Below, in pieces: positions 1 to 10,232 of a stretch of 64,000 bases of DNA. A program made the position numbers and the translations under genes. The stretch comes from a phage: the sequence record PZ386966.1. One strand, 5' to 3'. The number at the start of each line of letters is the position of its first letter. Position 1 is the first letter of the stretch. Below the pieces are notes generated by a model, which was given only the letters and a program-made list of their open reading frames with translations, did not search any database and was not told the DNA's origin.

Positions 1-13
1 TAGTGTTATTGGG

Positions 14-313
14 ATGTATACCACCATGCAAGTTTCGGATGGTAAACAAGAAGTGTCTATCACAACAAAGTTACAACAGCTAGATAATTATTCCAAAAGC
101 AATTATTCAGCTATTCGTGATTTACAGTCTGATATGAGGCTGCTTCAGCTAGGGATGGAGAACCAGAAAGTCCAGTTAGAGAATGTTAAGGGAGAGAACG
201 CAAAACTTACTAAGACTCTTGATAAATTCTCTGATAGTGTGAACAATCTGGCTCAATCAGTATCAGCCCTCCAAGCTATTACTGAAAAGAACACAAAGAA
301 TACTGAAAAATAA
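14..313 (+). CDS. hypothetical coiled-coil protein; may be the 3' part of a gene starting upstream of the window
   Basis: ORF track; heptad-like Q/L/K-rich sequence; followed by hairpin terminator. Confidence 0.35.
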   Translation: MYTTMQVSDGKQEVSITTKLQQLDNYSKSNYSAIRDLQSDMRLLQLGMENQKVQLENVKGENAKLTKTLDKFSDSVNNLAQSVSALQAITEKNTKNTEK

Positions 314-321
314 AATTTTAA

Positions 322-347
322 GGCTCCTTTTTACGGGAGCCTTTTTG
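322..347. terminator. bidirectional intrinsic terminator between convergent genes
   Basis: GGCTCC-loop-GGAGCC stem followed by TTTTTG; T-rich on the opposite strand as well. Confidence 0.6.
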
Positions 348-350
348 TTT

Positions 351-1250
351 CTACTTGCCTACTGACAAAGGTGCTTCAATCTTTCCTGCATGTTGGTAGT
401 TACTAATTCCACCGATAAAGTCACTTGCGGTAAGATGTTTCAGGTCACTTAAAGTATTAAGTTGTAGACCAATCTCAAAAGTTGGTGCATGGAACTCTTC
501 ATTGTTCATCAGTTCATAAACCTGCTTCATATGATTCTGATAAATCTGAGTATCCCCAAAGACACCTATCAAGTACCGTGGAGTGTATCCAGTCATCTTA
601 CAAAGAACTTCCAGAATAAAACCATAAGATGCAATATTAAACGGAAGTCCTAAAAAGGTGTCTACTGAACGCTGATACCACTGTAAGTCAACTTCACCCT
701 CGTTAGTAATATAAATCTGAAACAGAACATGGCAAGGTGCTAGAGCCATTGAGTTTGCTGCAATATCTGCTGCATTCCAAGCATTCACAAGCATGTAACG
801 GTCTGTGATATCACCCTTCATCTTCGTTACTAAGGTCTCTAGCTGGTCTACAACACAACCGTTATGACCTTCAAAGTTTCTCCACTGAACTCCGTAGATT
901 CTTCCACCTGCATCTTCTAACCAATCTTGTTCAGAAGAATAGTTAGAGCTTAACCAACGTTTAAAATCATCTGACCAGATAGTCCAGCGTTCCCCATCAT
1001 TTTCATCCCAAGTGCGATAACGGAGTTCGCCAAGTTTATTCTCACCATTCAGGAACCATAAAGCTTCCCCAATAACTTGCCGTGTAAACACCTGTTTAGA
1101 TGTTAAGAGTGGGAAACCAGTACGCATATCAAAACGAAACTTAGGTGGAGCAAATGCAGAGATAACATCTCCAGTTCGTGTAGTACGCAGTTCACCGACT
1201 GATAAAACATGGTTCAGGATATTTTTGTAACTTGTATCTGCTTGTGACAT
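351..1250 (-). CDS. thyA: thymidylate synthase
   Basis: 299 aa; conserved active-site region ...ALAPCHVLFQ... and overall ThyA-like sequence. Confidence 0.9.
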   Translation of the reverse strand: MSQADTSYKNILNHVLSVGELRTTRTGDVISAFAPPKFRFDMRTGFPLLTSKQVFTRQVIGEALWFLNGENKLGELRYRTWDENDGERWTIWSDDFKRWLSSNYSSEQDWLEDAGGRIYGVQWRNFEGHNGCVVDQLETLVTKMKGDITDRYMLVNAWNAADIAANSMALAPCHVLFQIYITNEGEVDLQWYQRSVDTFLGLPFNIASYGFILEVLCKMTGYTPRYLIGVFGDTQIYQNHMKQVYELMNNEEFHAPTFEIGLQLNTLSDLKHLTASDFIGGISNYQHAGKIEAPLSVGK

Positions 1251-1251
1251 A

Positions 1252-1797
1252 TCAAAAGTGTCCTTTTACTTGTGGAACATAAATTTCAAAAGTTGCTTTA
1301 CCATCCTCTGATGGTTTTGACTGTACCTTTGTAAATACACGGTTATCATACAGCTTCTCAAAGAAGTTTTCAAAAGGTAAATGCACAGTGACCTCTTCAG
1401 TAACTTTATGGAAAACAGTATGGAACACTACATCAGCATACGGTAAAGCATCGACAAGGACACCTGCACCACCAATTACAAAGACATCTTCATCAATAGA
1501 GTTATCAAGATACTTCAAAAATGCTCCAAATGACTCTTTACTGGCTTTAGCATACATTACATCATCTTTGCCAAAGTCTATGCCTAAGTATGGTACAGAA
1601 TTTGTTAAGATGAGGTTTGCACGTTCTGGTAAAGGCTTACACCCCAGAGTCTTGAAAGTCTCATTACCCATCACTACTAAGTTATTTTTAGTGAGTTTCT
1701 TAAACTCTTGCATGTCCTGTTTATGTCGAGGCCACGGCATACCAGTTGGAGTACCAAACTCCCCATTTTCACCACTTGCAAAGATTAATTTAATCAT
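1252..1797 (-). CDS. frd: dihydrofolate reductase
   Basis: 181 aa; DHFR-like N-terminus (IFASGENGEFG...MPWPRHKQD) and GxxxxLP motifs; adjacent to thyA. Confidence 0.85.
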   Translation of the reverse strand: MIKLIFASGENGEFGTPTGMPWPRHKQDMQEFKKLTKNNLVVMGNETFKTLGCKPLPERANLILTNSVPYLGIDFGKDDVMYAKASKESFGAFLKYLDNSIDEDVFVIGGAGVLVDALPYADVVFHTVFHKVTEEVTVHLPFENFFEKLYDNRVFTKVQSKPSEDGKATFEIYVPQVKGHF

Positions 1798-2054
1798 TTT
1801 GTAAATCCTTTCTTAATGAACCAGTTGACGACACTCTTCACAACTTTACTACGATGGTAGATAAAATGTGGAGATGGTTGGTATGAACCATAAGCCCAGA
1901 AAGCGATAATTTCATTACACCCTGTGCATCGGGTACTTTCTTCAGCAATATGACCGTTGACTATTTCACTTACCTCACCTTGTAAGTCTGTACACCCACA
2001 ATGTGGACATCGGATAGGTGTTCCATCAGACTCATAGCAGTGTTCAATTTTCAT
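1794..2054 (-). CDS. small zinc-ribbon protein
   Basis: 86 aa with CPHCGC...CTGC cysteine pairs. Confidence 0.4.
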   Translation of the reverse strand: MKIEHCYESDGTPIRCPHCGCTDLQGEVSEIVNGHIAEESTRCTGCNEIIAFWAYGSYQPSPHFIYHRSKVVKSVVNWFIKKGFTK

Positions 2055-2570
2055 TTATTTAACCTCAAAAACTGGCTCAAGAGCCAATATAAAGTCTACA
2101 CAGTCATCTTCTTCATCCAGAATACCATCAAAGTTCTTAGGAACGAAGTCGAAGAGGCTCATAACAAAACAGTCAGAAGTGACCCTGATAGTCCCTCCAA
2201 TGTTCTCTACAGTCAACACTGTACGACTTTCTTTTACCTCCCTCAGAAGATTACTCACAAAGTCATCTAAGAAGTACTTCATCAGTGACTTAAAACCTTT
2301 AGGGTAATCTGTACCAGAGTATGTTTCAATCTGAGGTACAAGCTTAACATTTATACTAGTCTTTGTTAAGAATGCACTAGAGAACATACTATCAGGTAGC
2401 TTACAAACAGTCTTTCCAGTACCTTCATGTTCAATCTCAACAAAACCAGCTTCGTCGCCACATGTGACTATTTTAAAAGATGCTTCATTCTCATGCTGCG
2501 AAGCCATAAACTTTTTGAGCATCACTTTAAGGAAATCTGCATGAGCATCTTGTAAGAAGATATCAATCAT
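2055..2570 (-). CDS. hypothetical protein
   Basis: 171 aa ORF in operon context, abuts neighbours. Confidence 0.4.
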   Translation of the reverse strand: MIDIFLQDAHADFLKVMLKKFMASQHENEASFKIVTCGDEAGFVEIEHEGTGKTVCKLPDSMFSSAFLTKTSINVKLVPQIETYSGTDYPKGFKSLMKYFLDDFVSNLLREVKESRTVLTVENIGGTIRVTSDCFVMSLFDFVPKNFDGILDEEDDCVDFILALEPVFEVK

Positions 2571-2583
2571 AGTTAATCACCTA

Positions 2584-2943
2584 TTATGGGAACAGACACT
2601 TAATGTCATCGTTTTTGAAAACGAAACTTGTGTAGTTATGACCATCAACATCCAGCCAAACAGCCTGAACATCTACACCATCAAGATTTTGGTAAAGCTC
2701 TTTGATGAAGTGGTCTTTTACAATCTGACTGCTAGTTGTTTCCAACTTAATGTTAGAGATTGCTGAACCTACAGCCATATAGCCCATGACACGTTTCTTC
2801 TCAGTATGCTTAATCTTACCATCTTTGTAAGCCATAATGAGATTGGAAAGAATCTTTACACCATAATACTTCTCAAGGTGAGTAGGTACACCATAAAAGC
2901 CTAATGCAAAGTTTTCAGAGTGGATAATGTTTTCACGTTTCAT
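2584..2943 (-). CDS. hypothetical protein
   Basis: 119 aa ORF, co-oriented. Confidence 0.4.
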   Translation of the reverse strand: MKRENIIHSENFALGFYGVPTHLEKYYGVKILSNLIMAYKDGKIKHTEKKRVMGYMAVGSAISNIKLETTSSQIVKDHFIKELYQNLDGVDVQAVWLDVDGHNYTSFVFKNDDIKCLFP

Positions 2944-2944
2944 A

Positions 2945-3274
2945 TTAATCTGCCAACCTTAAATTGAAATTAACACCAAATTTTTCACATACTTCCAACA
3001 TATACTCAAGGGAGACGTTACCAGTGAGGTGGATTATGTTGGATACACGAGCCTGAGAGATACCACAAATTTTAGCAACTTGCTCTTGAGAAAGACCTCT
3101 GGATTTAATCTCTCTCTTAAAACGATGTGCAACGAAGTCTCTCATTTCGTCTACATCCATTGGACAAATATAACTCTCCATTTCAGCCTCTCTATCAGCC
3201 TCCCAATCATCTTGTGGGGCATAAGGGTCAAAGACCTCATTCATCTTTCTTCTTCCGTTTGCGTGAAGTGTCAA
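2945..3274 (-). CDS. helix-turn-helix (XRE-like) DNA-binding protein
   Basis: C-terminal LSQEQVAKICGISQARVSNI HTH-like segment. Confidence 0.5.
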   Translation of the reverse strand: MTLHANGRRKMNEVFDPYAPQDDWEADREAEMESYICPMDVDEMRDFVAHRFKREIKSRGLSQEQVAKICGISQARVSNIIHLTGNVSLEYMLEVCEKFGVNFNLRLAD

Positions 3275-3449
3275 TCAATGAATCTATGTTTGTAGCCCTA
3301 ACCTTTTCACGTTCATCGTTAAGATAATCATCAAGAGCCTTTTCAATCTGTGAATCATCTTGACAGATAACTGTAAAGATTGTAAAGCCGTCTGTATCAT
3401 CAATTATCTTACCATAACCGCTTCTGGGATGTAACTTTTTAAGAGCCAT
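3237..3449 (-). CDS. hypothetical protein
   Basis: 70 aa ORF, basic C-terminus. Confidence 0.3.
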   Translation of the reverse strand: MALKKLHPRSGYGKIIDDTDGFTIFTVICQDDSQIEKALDDYLNDEREKVRATNIDSLIDTSRKRKKKDE

Positions 3450-3450
3450 A

Positions 3451-3834
3451 TCAAATACCTGTGCAACTTCTGTTTTCTAAGAAATACTCAACACCATACA
3501 TAGCTTTTTGCATCAAATCTTCTTTAAACTGGATACGGTGGTTGAGCATAGCCTGTACATCAATATCATCACGGTGTTTCTCTTTAATATTTGCAGATTG
3601 CAGGAAATACTCTGCAAGAACGTGATACTGATAGTCAGTTACCTTATCAGTCATCTCTGTCAAAGATTCTTCAGAGATTGGTTTAAGTAGCTCACCATTA
3701 GCTAGAGCAACACCTTTTACAATCTGGCAAGTGTCTTCTGGAACACCTGATAAGTCCACATTTGGGAGTTCTGTTGCATTGACTGGTAAATTCATTGCCA
3801 TAACCATTGCAGCAGCTAATAAAATCTTTTTCAT
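3451..3834 (-). CDS. secreted protein with signal peptide
   Basis: N-terminal MKKILLAAAMVMAMNLPVNA signal-like sequence. Confidence 0.5.
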   Translation of the reverse strand: MKKILLAAAMVMAMNLPVNATELPNVDLSGVPEDTCQIVKGVALANGELLKPISEESLTEMTDKVTDYQYHVLAEYFLQSANIKEKHRDDIDVQAMLNHRIQFKEDLMQKAMYGVEYFLENRSCTGI

Positions 3835-4265
3835 AATGACCTCAAAGTTATATTGAATTTTGTATCACATTGAGTATAAAAATAAGCTATAACACCTGAC
3901 TTGTCAACAGACTTTATAGCTTATTTGGCAGATTTTTTATAAGGCTACTACCATCCTTCCATACCAGACTACACCATGCCAGACCAGACTTCACATCACC
4001 TTACCGTGCAATACATCACTTGAAAACCCTCTTAGAAGACTCTTAAGTGATGTTGGTGAGTACCCGTTGGTTTATGCTGCTCAGTATACTCACCAAATTT
4101 TCTATGTCAACAACTTTATATAAAAGTCCTGATAACTATATGCGTTACAAAACAGAAGATTGTGAACAAGACACCCATTGCAAAGGATGTGTTCAAAAGC
4201 TTACTTGCAACGTATGACAATACAAAGACAACCAGTATAAATAGAATGACTGTACTGAACATAGT

Positions 4266-5366
4266 TTACTCATAATCCCTAATAACTAGCCCTACAGGAA
4301 ACTGTAAAGAACCTTTACGAGTCATCTTCTGGAACTGAACAGTTAAAGGTTTCCCGATAAACTCTTCAGGATGTTCAGCAAGATACTGTTTCTTCTCGTG
4401 TGTAGTTTTCCATGAAACATCTACAAAGACGTTAGGAAGAGTCTCTACAACGAACTTACCATGACCACGCTTATCGGTCTTTACACCAGTCACTTTAAAC
4501 TCTTCAGTGTGCATCTTCTTGTGCTTAATCAAGAAGTATGAACGGTGACAACACTCATAGAAGGAGTCTTCAGAGATTGAACGGTACATTGCACCTTCAA
4601 ACTTAACTTCAACCCACTTATCATGAGCTTCATCAAACTCTTCCCAAGAATTTACACGACGAGACTTAACAGGGACAACTTTACAGCCGTCTCTAAAGTC
4701 ATTCAATGGTGAAGTCTCAATAATATCTCTACGCTCAGGCCACGGCTTAGTGCTGTCACAGATATCGTACCAGTAGAACTGGAGTAGATGTCGGTCTGGA
4801 TTGTCTTCATTTTTAATCATGGAGACAATATCTTCTAAGTCCCACCCATGAGCATAAATCTCTCCATCAAATTCATCAACGTCTTTATGGAGCCTCAACA
4901 TAGTCATAATGTCAGGTGTTAGCTCAGTAGGTATTTTATAAACAGTATTCTCACGAGAATAAGCCGTGAAACTAACTGAATCATCACCTCTTGAAATTCT
5001 ACAACGTACACCATCAAGTTTTGGTTGAGCATCAGCAGGGAACTTCAGATACTTTGCATGACTAACCTTTGCAGCATCATGAGCAAGCTGTACACCTACC
5101 TTCTCAGTACTCTGTGCAGACTCTTTTGTGTAAGCATAACCTTTACGGTCAACTTGCTTTTTATACTTAGCAGCAACTTCAAAGAGAGCTTGCTGTTCAG
5201 CGTTACGCTCATTCTTTTTACCGATGTTTTTAGGTTCTGCTGTGTACTCTTCAAACATCATCTTGCCATTTTCTTTACCGTAGGTTGTAATAACTTTGTC
5301 ACCTACAGCCACACATGACCAGACATTGAAAGAGCCATCTTTATTTTGTTTGTATAGAATTGTCAT
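4266..5366 (-). CDS. ATP-dependent DNA ligase
   Basis: Adenylation motif I KLDGVRC; likely start at MTILYKQ (ATG 5364-5366) with GAGGA RBS upstream. Confidence 0.75.
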   Translation of the reverse strand: MTILYKQNKDGSFNVWSCVAVGDKVITTYGKENGKMMFEEYTAEPKNIGKKNERNAEQQALFEVAAKYKKQVDRKGYAYTKESAQSTEKVGVQLAHDAAKVSHAKYLKFPADAQPKLDGVRCRISRGDDSVSFTAYSRENTVYKIPTELTPDIMTMLRLHKDVDEFDGEIYAHGWDLEDIVSMIKNEDNPDRHLLQFYWYDICDSTKPWPERRDIIETSPLNDFRDGCKVVPVKSRRVNSWEEFDEAHDKWVEVKFEGAMYRSISEDSFYECCHRSYFLIKHKKMHTEEFKVTGVKTDKRGHGKFVVETLPNVFVDVSWKTTHEKKQYLAEHPEEFIGKPLTVQFQKMTRKGSLQFPVGLVIRDYE

Positions 5367-5367
5367 T

Positions 5368-5559
5368 TTATTCCTCTGAGTGATACCAAGTATTGCAAGC
5401 ATTACATGCGTAAAGCTCTAAGTCATTTTTATCAGGTTTATGAAAGCAGTTTGCTCCGCAGTGGCAACGAAACGGCTTTCCACCAACTGTCAGGGTGAAG
5501 GATTGAACCTTTCCATCAGGAGTTCGTACAGCATTTTTATGCTTATCTTCTTTGTTCAT
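5368..5559 (-). CDS. small zinc-finger protein
   Basis: CHCG...CNAC cysteine motifs, 63 aa. Confidence 0.4.
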   Translation of the reverse strand: MNKEDKHKNAVRTPDGKVQSFTLTVGGKPFRCHCGANCFHKPDKNDLELYACNACNTWYHSEE

Positions 5560-5762
5560 TTTCTCTTACCACCAATCTCTACGTCAACCACTTGAACATC
5601 ACCAGCAACATCAAACTTATGAATGATGCTTTCCACAGTGTAAGTCCAACCATCAATGCGAACTAACTCACCTTCTCGTGGGACGATTGGATTACGTTGA
5701 GCTACAGTTGTAGTGGAGTGAACAACATCATAACAATAGATATAGTTTACTAATACTTCCAT
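5556..5762 (-). CDS. hypothetical protein (start trimmed to internal Met to avoid overlap)
   Basis: ORF track 5556-5861; internal Met at 5762 gives non-overlapping gene. Confidence 0.3.
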   Translation of the reverse strand: MEVLVNYIYCYDVVHSTTTVAQRNPIVPREGELVRIDGWTYTVESIIHKFDVAGDVQVVDVEIGGKRK

Positions 5763-5772
5763 CGTGAAAACC

Positions 5773-6030
5773 TCACTCAATAACCGTGGTATGTGATTGA
5801 CCATTTTTGCCATAGCTATAAGATGTTGTTGTTTGAGAGTTTGGACATCTGACAACAACAATATCCCTGCTTATAGCGTCACCATTGAGTTTGTAGATTT
5901 TGCAGTCTTGCATCTCTGGAGGTAGGCTGTAAGAAGCATCTTTGTTTTCATAAGAAGGGTTGCAGCCAGCCAGAAAAATTACTCCAAGTGCAACCATTAC
6001 TTTCACATGGCTCTTAATCTTATTGTTCAC
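5773..6030 (-). CDS. lipoprotein
   Basis: Signal peptide with lipobox ...FLAGC. Confidence 0.45.
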   Translation of the reverse strand: MNNKIKSHVKVMVALGVIFLAGCNPSYENKDASYSLPPEMQDCKIYKLNGDAISRDIVVVRCPNSQTTTSYSYGKNGQSHTTVIE

Positions 6031-6162
6031 GATAGTCTACCTCTCTGTATGTTTTTAAATAGTGAGTGATGAGTTCTGGTAATTCACTACGTTTAACGTT
6101 TGAACGAAGAAGTGTCCAGTCAAAACCTTTACCAACCCTTCCCCAGAGACTGTACAGTTTCT

Positions 6163-6396
6163 TCATATCAACTCCAGAATATTAATACGTTCGCCCTTAA
6201 GAACTCCAGTACGGTCTCTTGCAATCTTGCCGTCAACAATAAGGATATGTGCAGCCCTTAAAGAGTCACCATTAAAACCTTTTACGAACTTGCTAGGCAT
6301 CACTACAATGGACATCTCCTGAATCAACTCTGGAGTATAGCAATTATCGTGAAGTTGCTGAATAACGTCTGCAAGTGTCATTTTTGATGTCTCCAA
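6163..6396 (-). CDS. hypothetical protein
   Basis: 77 aa ORF. Confidence 0.3.
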   Translation of the reverse strand: METSKMTLADVIQQLHDNCYTPELIQEMSIVVMPSKFVKGFNGDSLRAAHILIVDGKIARDRTGVLKGERINILELI

Positions 6397-6587
6397 TACT
6401 CAATGTCAATAAGTTCTTGTGCAATGCTTTTCAGATTACCTTTCAAGAAAACCTTCTCAGAACCTGAAAGAGATGAATTGTCAATTAACCTGTTCATTCT
6501 CTCAAACAACTTCTGCTTACGGTTCTTAATAGTTTCCTTTGAAGCACCTTTCATCATCGCTGCATGGGTTCTTCCACGGTGGCTCAT
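6378..6587 (-). CDS. hypothetical protein
   Basis: 69 aa basic ORF. Confidence 0.3.
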   Translation of the reverse strand: MSHRGRTHAAMMKGASKETIKNRKQKLFERMNRLIDNSSLSGSEKVFLKGNLKSIAQELIDIEYWRHQK

Positions 6588-6648
6588 AAGTCCTCCTATA
6601 TAAGATATAGTATAAGGTACTCTTCCATGAGCACCTTGTCAATACTAA

Positions 6649-7212
6649 TCAGTGTACCTCAAGCCAATTCTTACCAACTTTACCAGTACCAGTTACAAGC
6701 GTTTCCTCCTTAAGTCCTAAGTTTCTTGATGCCTGACCATACATCCAGTCAATCACTGCTTTAACATCTTGTGTCATCTCTTCTGGGCACTCCCAACTAT
6801 TCTCATCGTGGTATGCTAGAAGCAATCTAGCACCAATGGCTGGTTTTCGACCATTCAGCTTTGTAAGACCCTCTTCACAAGTTCTTCTACAAGCGAGGTT
6901 GATAGCTTCATTCTGAACCTGACTTTCCGAACCCATGAGCAAGTAATTTAAAAGTTTGTGCGGAGATTTACACCACAACCATGCACCTGCTACCTTTACA
7001 AAACCACCCTTAGATATTGCAGCAGTCTTACCAAACACCTCTTCAAGAGCCTTCTTAGTGGCTTTGAAGTCTGCTTCCAAATTATCTATCAACTTTTTAA
7101 TCTTAGGAAGGCGTACAAAGTAAGTTTGCTTAGTTAAAGCACCTTCTTCGGTTGTTGATGCTTTAATCGTCTTGGCAAACTTCTCATCACCTGCCCCAAA
7201 CAATACATCTGG
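6649..7212 (-). CDS. DNA polymerase, family A (T7-like), C-terminal segment (exon 2 or separate polypeptide)
   Basis: Begins ..VLFGAGDEKFAK matching T7 pol motif B (FLYGAGDEK); RLLLAYHDE resembles motif C; in-frame stop at 7213-7215 upstream. Confidence 0.75.
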   Translation of the reverse strand, partial: PDVLFGAGDEKFAKTIKASTTEEGALTKQTYFVRLPKIKKLIDNLEADFKATKKALEEVFGKTAAISKGGFVKVAGAWLWCKSPHKLLNYLLMGSESQVQNEAINLACRRTCEEGLTKLNGRKPAIGARLLLAYHDENSWECPEEMTQDVKAVIDWMYGQASRNLGLKEETLVTGTGKVGKNWLEVH

Positions 7213-8008
7213 TCAATACACTCGCAAGGTGTACCAGTTCTCTTATGAACTTCTCCGCATTTCTACGGAGTGTCGGACTATATCACGTAGTAGTAATACT
7301 ACCGTTGCACTTGGGAATGGTCATTAGCTTACCAACCTACTCTACTCAGTTCATACATTAAGTATGCTTTTCGATAGTCTCTGAACGTTTCTCTGTTAGG
7401 AATCTCTATAATCATGTTATTTACTCAGGTAGTCAATTGCCCTTTGCATATTATCAACGCTATCTGCAAGTAACCCTAAAGCCCTATTGCAATTGTGGCA
7501 CAACATACCTCTTACTTTTCCGGTTTTGTGGTCATGGTCAACGACAAGTTTAGCTTTATGCCGTGAACTATTCATGATAAAACCTTCACCGCCACAAATT
7601 TGACATTTGTAATCACAGTTGCGAAGTAGGTTTTCAACCTCTTCTCTTTCTAAACCATATGTTCTCAGGTAGTAATTCTTAACTCTACCTTTCTCTCCGC
7701 AATGTGAAGAACAATAAACTTGCCTTGCTGTTCTAGGCATGAACACCTTCTCACAGCTAGGACATTTCTTAGTAAGAACCCTATGTTCTGCTCTTCTGTC
7801 AAATTTTAATACGCAACTTCTGCACCGTTTTTGATTGTATTGGTATGGTTTAAACTCTGCACCACACTCAGTACACAATCTTTCTTTGTAACCTGCCATT
7901 GTCTCTCTCCTTTGCTTTAGGAGTCCTAACAGAGACTTCGCTGCTGATTACCATATCTTTACAGACTTAGGCTTCCAGCAATTCACAACGTTTTACATGC
8001 GCCACTGA
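7207..8008 (-). mobile_element. intervening sequence in DNA polymerase gene (putative group I intron) carrying an HNH endonuclease ORF
   Basis: Polymerase motif B is split across the flanks (..KNGIYA / LFGAGDEK); endonuclease ORF with its own strong RBS lies between; boundaries approximate. Confidence 0.5.
7417..7899 (-). CDS. HNH homing endonuclease
   Basis: HNH core ..VVDHDHKTGKVRGMLCHNCNRALG; AAGGAGAG RBS upstream; not in frame with polymerase N-terminal segment. Confidence 0.8.
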   Translation of the reverse strand: MAGYKERLCTECGAEFKPYQYNQKRCRSCVLKFDRRAEHRVLTKKCPSCEKVFMPRTARQVYCSSHCGEKGRVKNYYLRTYGLEREEVENLLRNCDYKCQICGGEGFIMNSSRHKAKLVVDHDHKTGKVRGMLCHNCNRALGLLADSVDNMQRAIDYLSK

Positions 8009-10150
8009 CGCATAAATGCCATTTTTGGCTTTCTTACGACCTTTGCTAATTTCTTGAAGAAGATTTGTATCCTGAGTGGCTCGACAGGTCAAGATGTCTT
8101 CCTCTTTATTAAGGCTGAAGTAAATACTATTTAAAGTATGCGCATCAGTTCCTGAGTACACCACGTACAAGTCATTTTCCGAATCATAATGCAAATACTT
8201 GTCAATCTCTGGGTTTAGATACTGGTCAAAATGTTTGCAATAGTATCTGCCATCATCTTGTTTGACAAACTCAACCTCTTCTTTACCCTCTGTTACTGCT
8301 TTAGTGAACTCTTTATCACCCATAAAGTTACACAGCAGTACAAGTTGCGCGCTATTCATATCTGCTGAAACAATATTAGTTCCCTCTTCACAAGTCCACA
8401 CCTCCCTCATAGGTGCTCCATAGACAGCAGCACCAGACGGTACGTTTACAATACCATATTGTGTCATACGTCCAGTTGAAGTACCAAACACCATTGCACC
8501 AGCACTAAGGCGACCATCAGGACGAATCTGGTTCAACCATCCTTTTTCATCATCCTTTGAGTTCTCAATAGTTCTGCGTCGGTGCATCAAAGTGTAGTAC
8601 TTAGCAATCTTCTGTCCAAGCTCACCTTCAATCGTATCATAAGATGATTCAGTAAGTTTTGGTGAAGTACGAATTAAGCAAGGTTCAAGTAAGTCTGTGT
8701 ACTTCTTAACAGACCAGTTATGCTCAATGTACTGGACACCTTCATGTTCAACATAGCTCAAGCCACAACGCTCAACCATCTCATCCCATTTAGGATGCTT
8801 GGTAATCATCTTTTTGTTGTCTTTGAAACGACAAACCTTAACAGGACGACCATCAGAGTCTTTCTTATAGTTCCAGTCATCAGGAATCCAACCAACTGAT
8901 TTCAAGTAGTCCTTCACAACAGCCACCTGAGTCATTCGAGAAACTTCAAACTCAATTGGTGTATATGGTGCATCAATCAAACCTGTGTAGCGACTTGACT
9001 CAAGTCCAAAGTGGTTAACAACATGACTGTTATAGTACTTCACAGTTTTAACTGTTTTTACTGGCTTCCAGTCTTTGCATTTCTTACCAATCTTTGCATT
9101 CAACTCGTTGCAAATTGCACGAGCATCCTTCATTGCTACAAAACCTTCCTTGTACTCTTCGCCAGTTACAGTGTTGGTTGGTGTATAGCAATTCCGCTTT
9201 TCAATGTTAAAAATCTTTGTAGTTGGCTTACCAAATGGCTTGATTTCATATGTCTGCATCTCACCGTTACGTACCTGCTGACGATACTTTGTCTTAGGGT
9301 ACTTGGTAATTCTTTTCAGTCCATCTGCATGACCAAACGCTTCAACATACTCATTCCAAGCTTTTGCAAACTCTTCTCCAGTGACTTTACCTTTGGTCTT
9401 AATAGTTGGTGGAAGGTGTGGTTCAACTTCTGAAGCAAGCTCATTAGTCAACTTGTCAAGTTCCTTTACATGGAACTCCATAAGCTCTTTATCAGCTTTC
9501 CAACCATTGATAGCCTGTTGACTCATCCAGAAAGATGTCTCTTTAGCTCGCATATAGGTTTCATAAGTGTCTATGCCACACTTCTTTAACTTGAGATATT
9601 CATTATCCAGTGCGCGTTTAGTTTTGGCGTTAATACGGATATCTTCTACAACACGAGTGAAGATTTCTGCATTCCACACACCCCAATGTTCAATCTCTGG
9701 TTTACGGACACCAACACGAGCACCCCATGCTGCCAAGCCATGAGCACCTTTATAGCCTTTTGGAGTTGGTCTATCCATCCACTGAACACGAGACTGGATA
9801 AGAGAGTCCTGAAAGAAATTACTCCACGGCTTACATTTTGGATTATCGAAGTTCCACAAATCAGGTGCAATATGATTGAAAACCCACCAGTCATACCCCA
9901 GACCATTATGGATACAAAGCCGTTTTGCCTTTAACGCAAACTCAATACCTTCACGTAAACCACCCTTAATGTACTTGGTATACTTGTGACCGAGGATAGG
10001 CTCATCTGTAAAGACCCATACAGGTGGCTCCTCATCGTCAGATTTATAGTCTGCGAAAGCCATGACGTGGACTTTAGTGAACTCAAGGAGTAAACCATCA
10101 GTTTCTGTATCACCAACTAAGTGTAAGTTTTTAAAATCTACGTTTTCCAT
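7970..10150 (-). CDS. DNA polymerase, family A (T7-like), N-terminal segment with 3'-5' exonuclease domain
   Basis: VGDTETDG exo motif; ends ..RKKAKNGIYA (T7 RDNAKTFIYG) then reads into the insertion to stop at 7967-7969; start at ATG 10148-10150 with GGGAG RBS. Confidence 0.8.
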
Positions 10151-10208
10151 TTGTACTCCCTCTAATTCGTTAACCCCATACATTACTGCAAAAAATTATA
10201 AAAAGCAA

Positions 10209-10232
10209 GTTGACAATGTACTTGACAAGGTG
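10209..10232 (+). promoter_or_regulatory. conserved promoter-like motif GTTGACAATGTACTTGACAAGGTG at divergent junction
   Basis: Two TTGACA hexamers 8 bp apart; near-identical copy at 56082-56105. Confidence 0.45.

Noticed and set aside
351-1250. dCMP hydroxymethylase instead of thymidylate synthase (hypermodified DNA)
   Set aside because: Sequence is closer to canonical ThyA, and a DHFR gene is adjacent; no glucosyltransferase or other modification genes seen in the window. Cannot be fully excluded without alignment.
1388-1804. Plus-strand ORF antisense to the DHFR gene (and similar antisense ORFs, e.g. 9011-9433, 9686-9934, 13707-13984, 31300-31827, 35426-36482)
   Set aside because: They lie wholly inside well-supported genes on the opposite strand, have no RBS context and have low-complexity composition; treated as spurious.
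6649-10183. Intein inside the DNA polymerase
   Set aside because: The HNH ORF has its own RBS and is in a different frame from the upstream polymerase segment, with stop codons separating the segments; an intein would be a continuous in-frame fusion.
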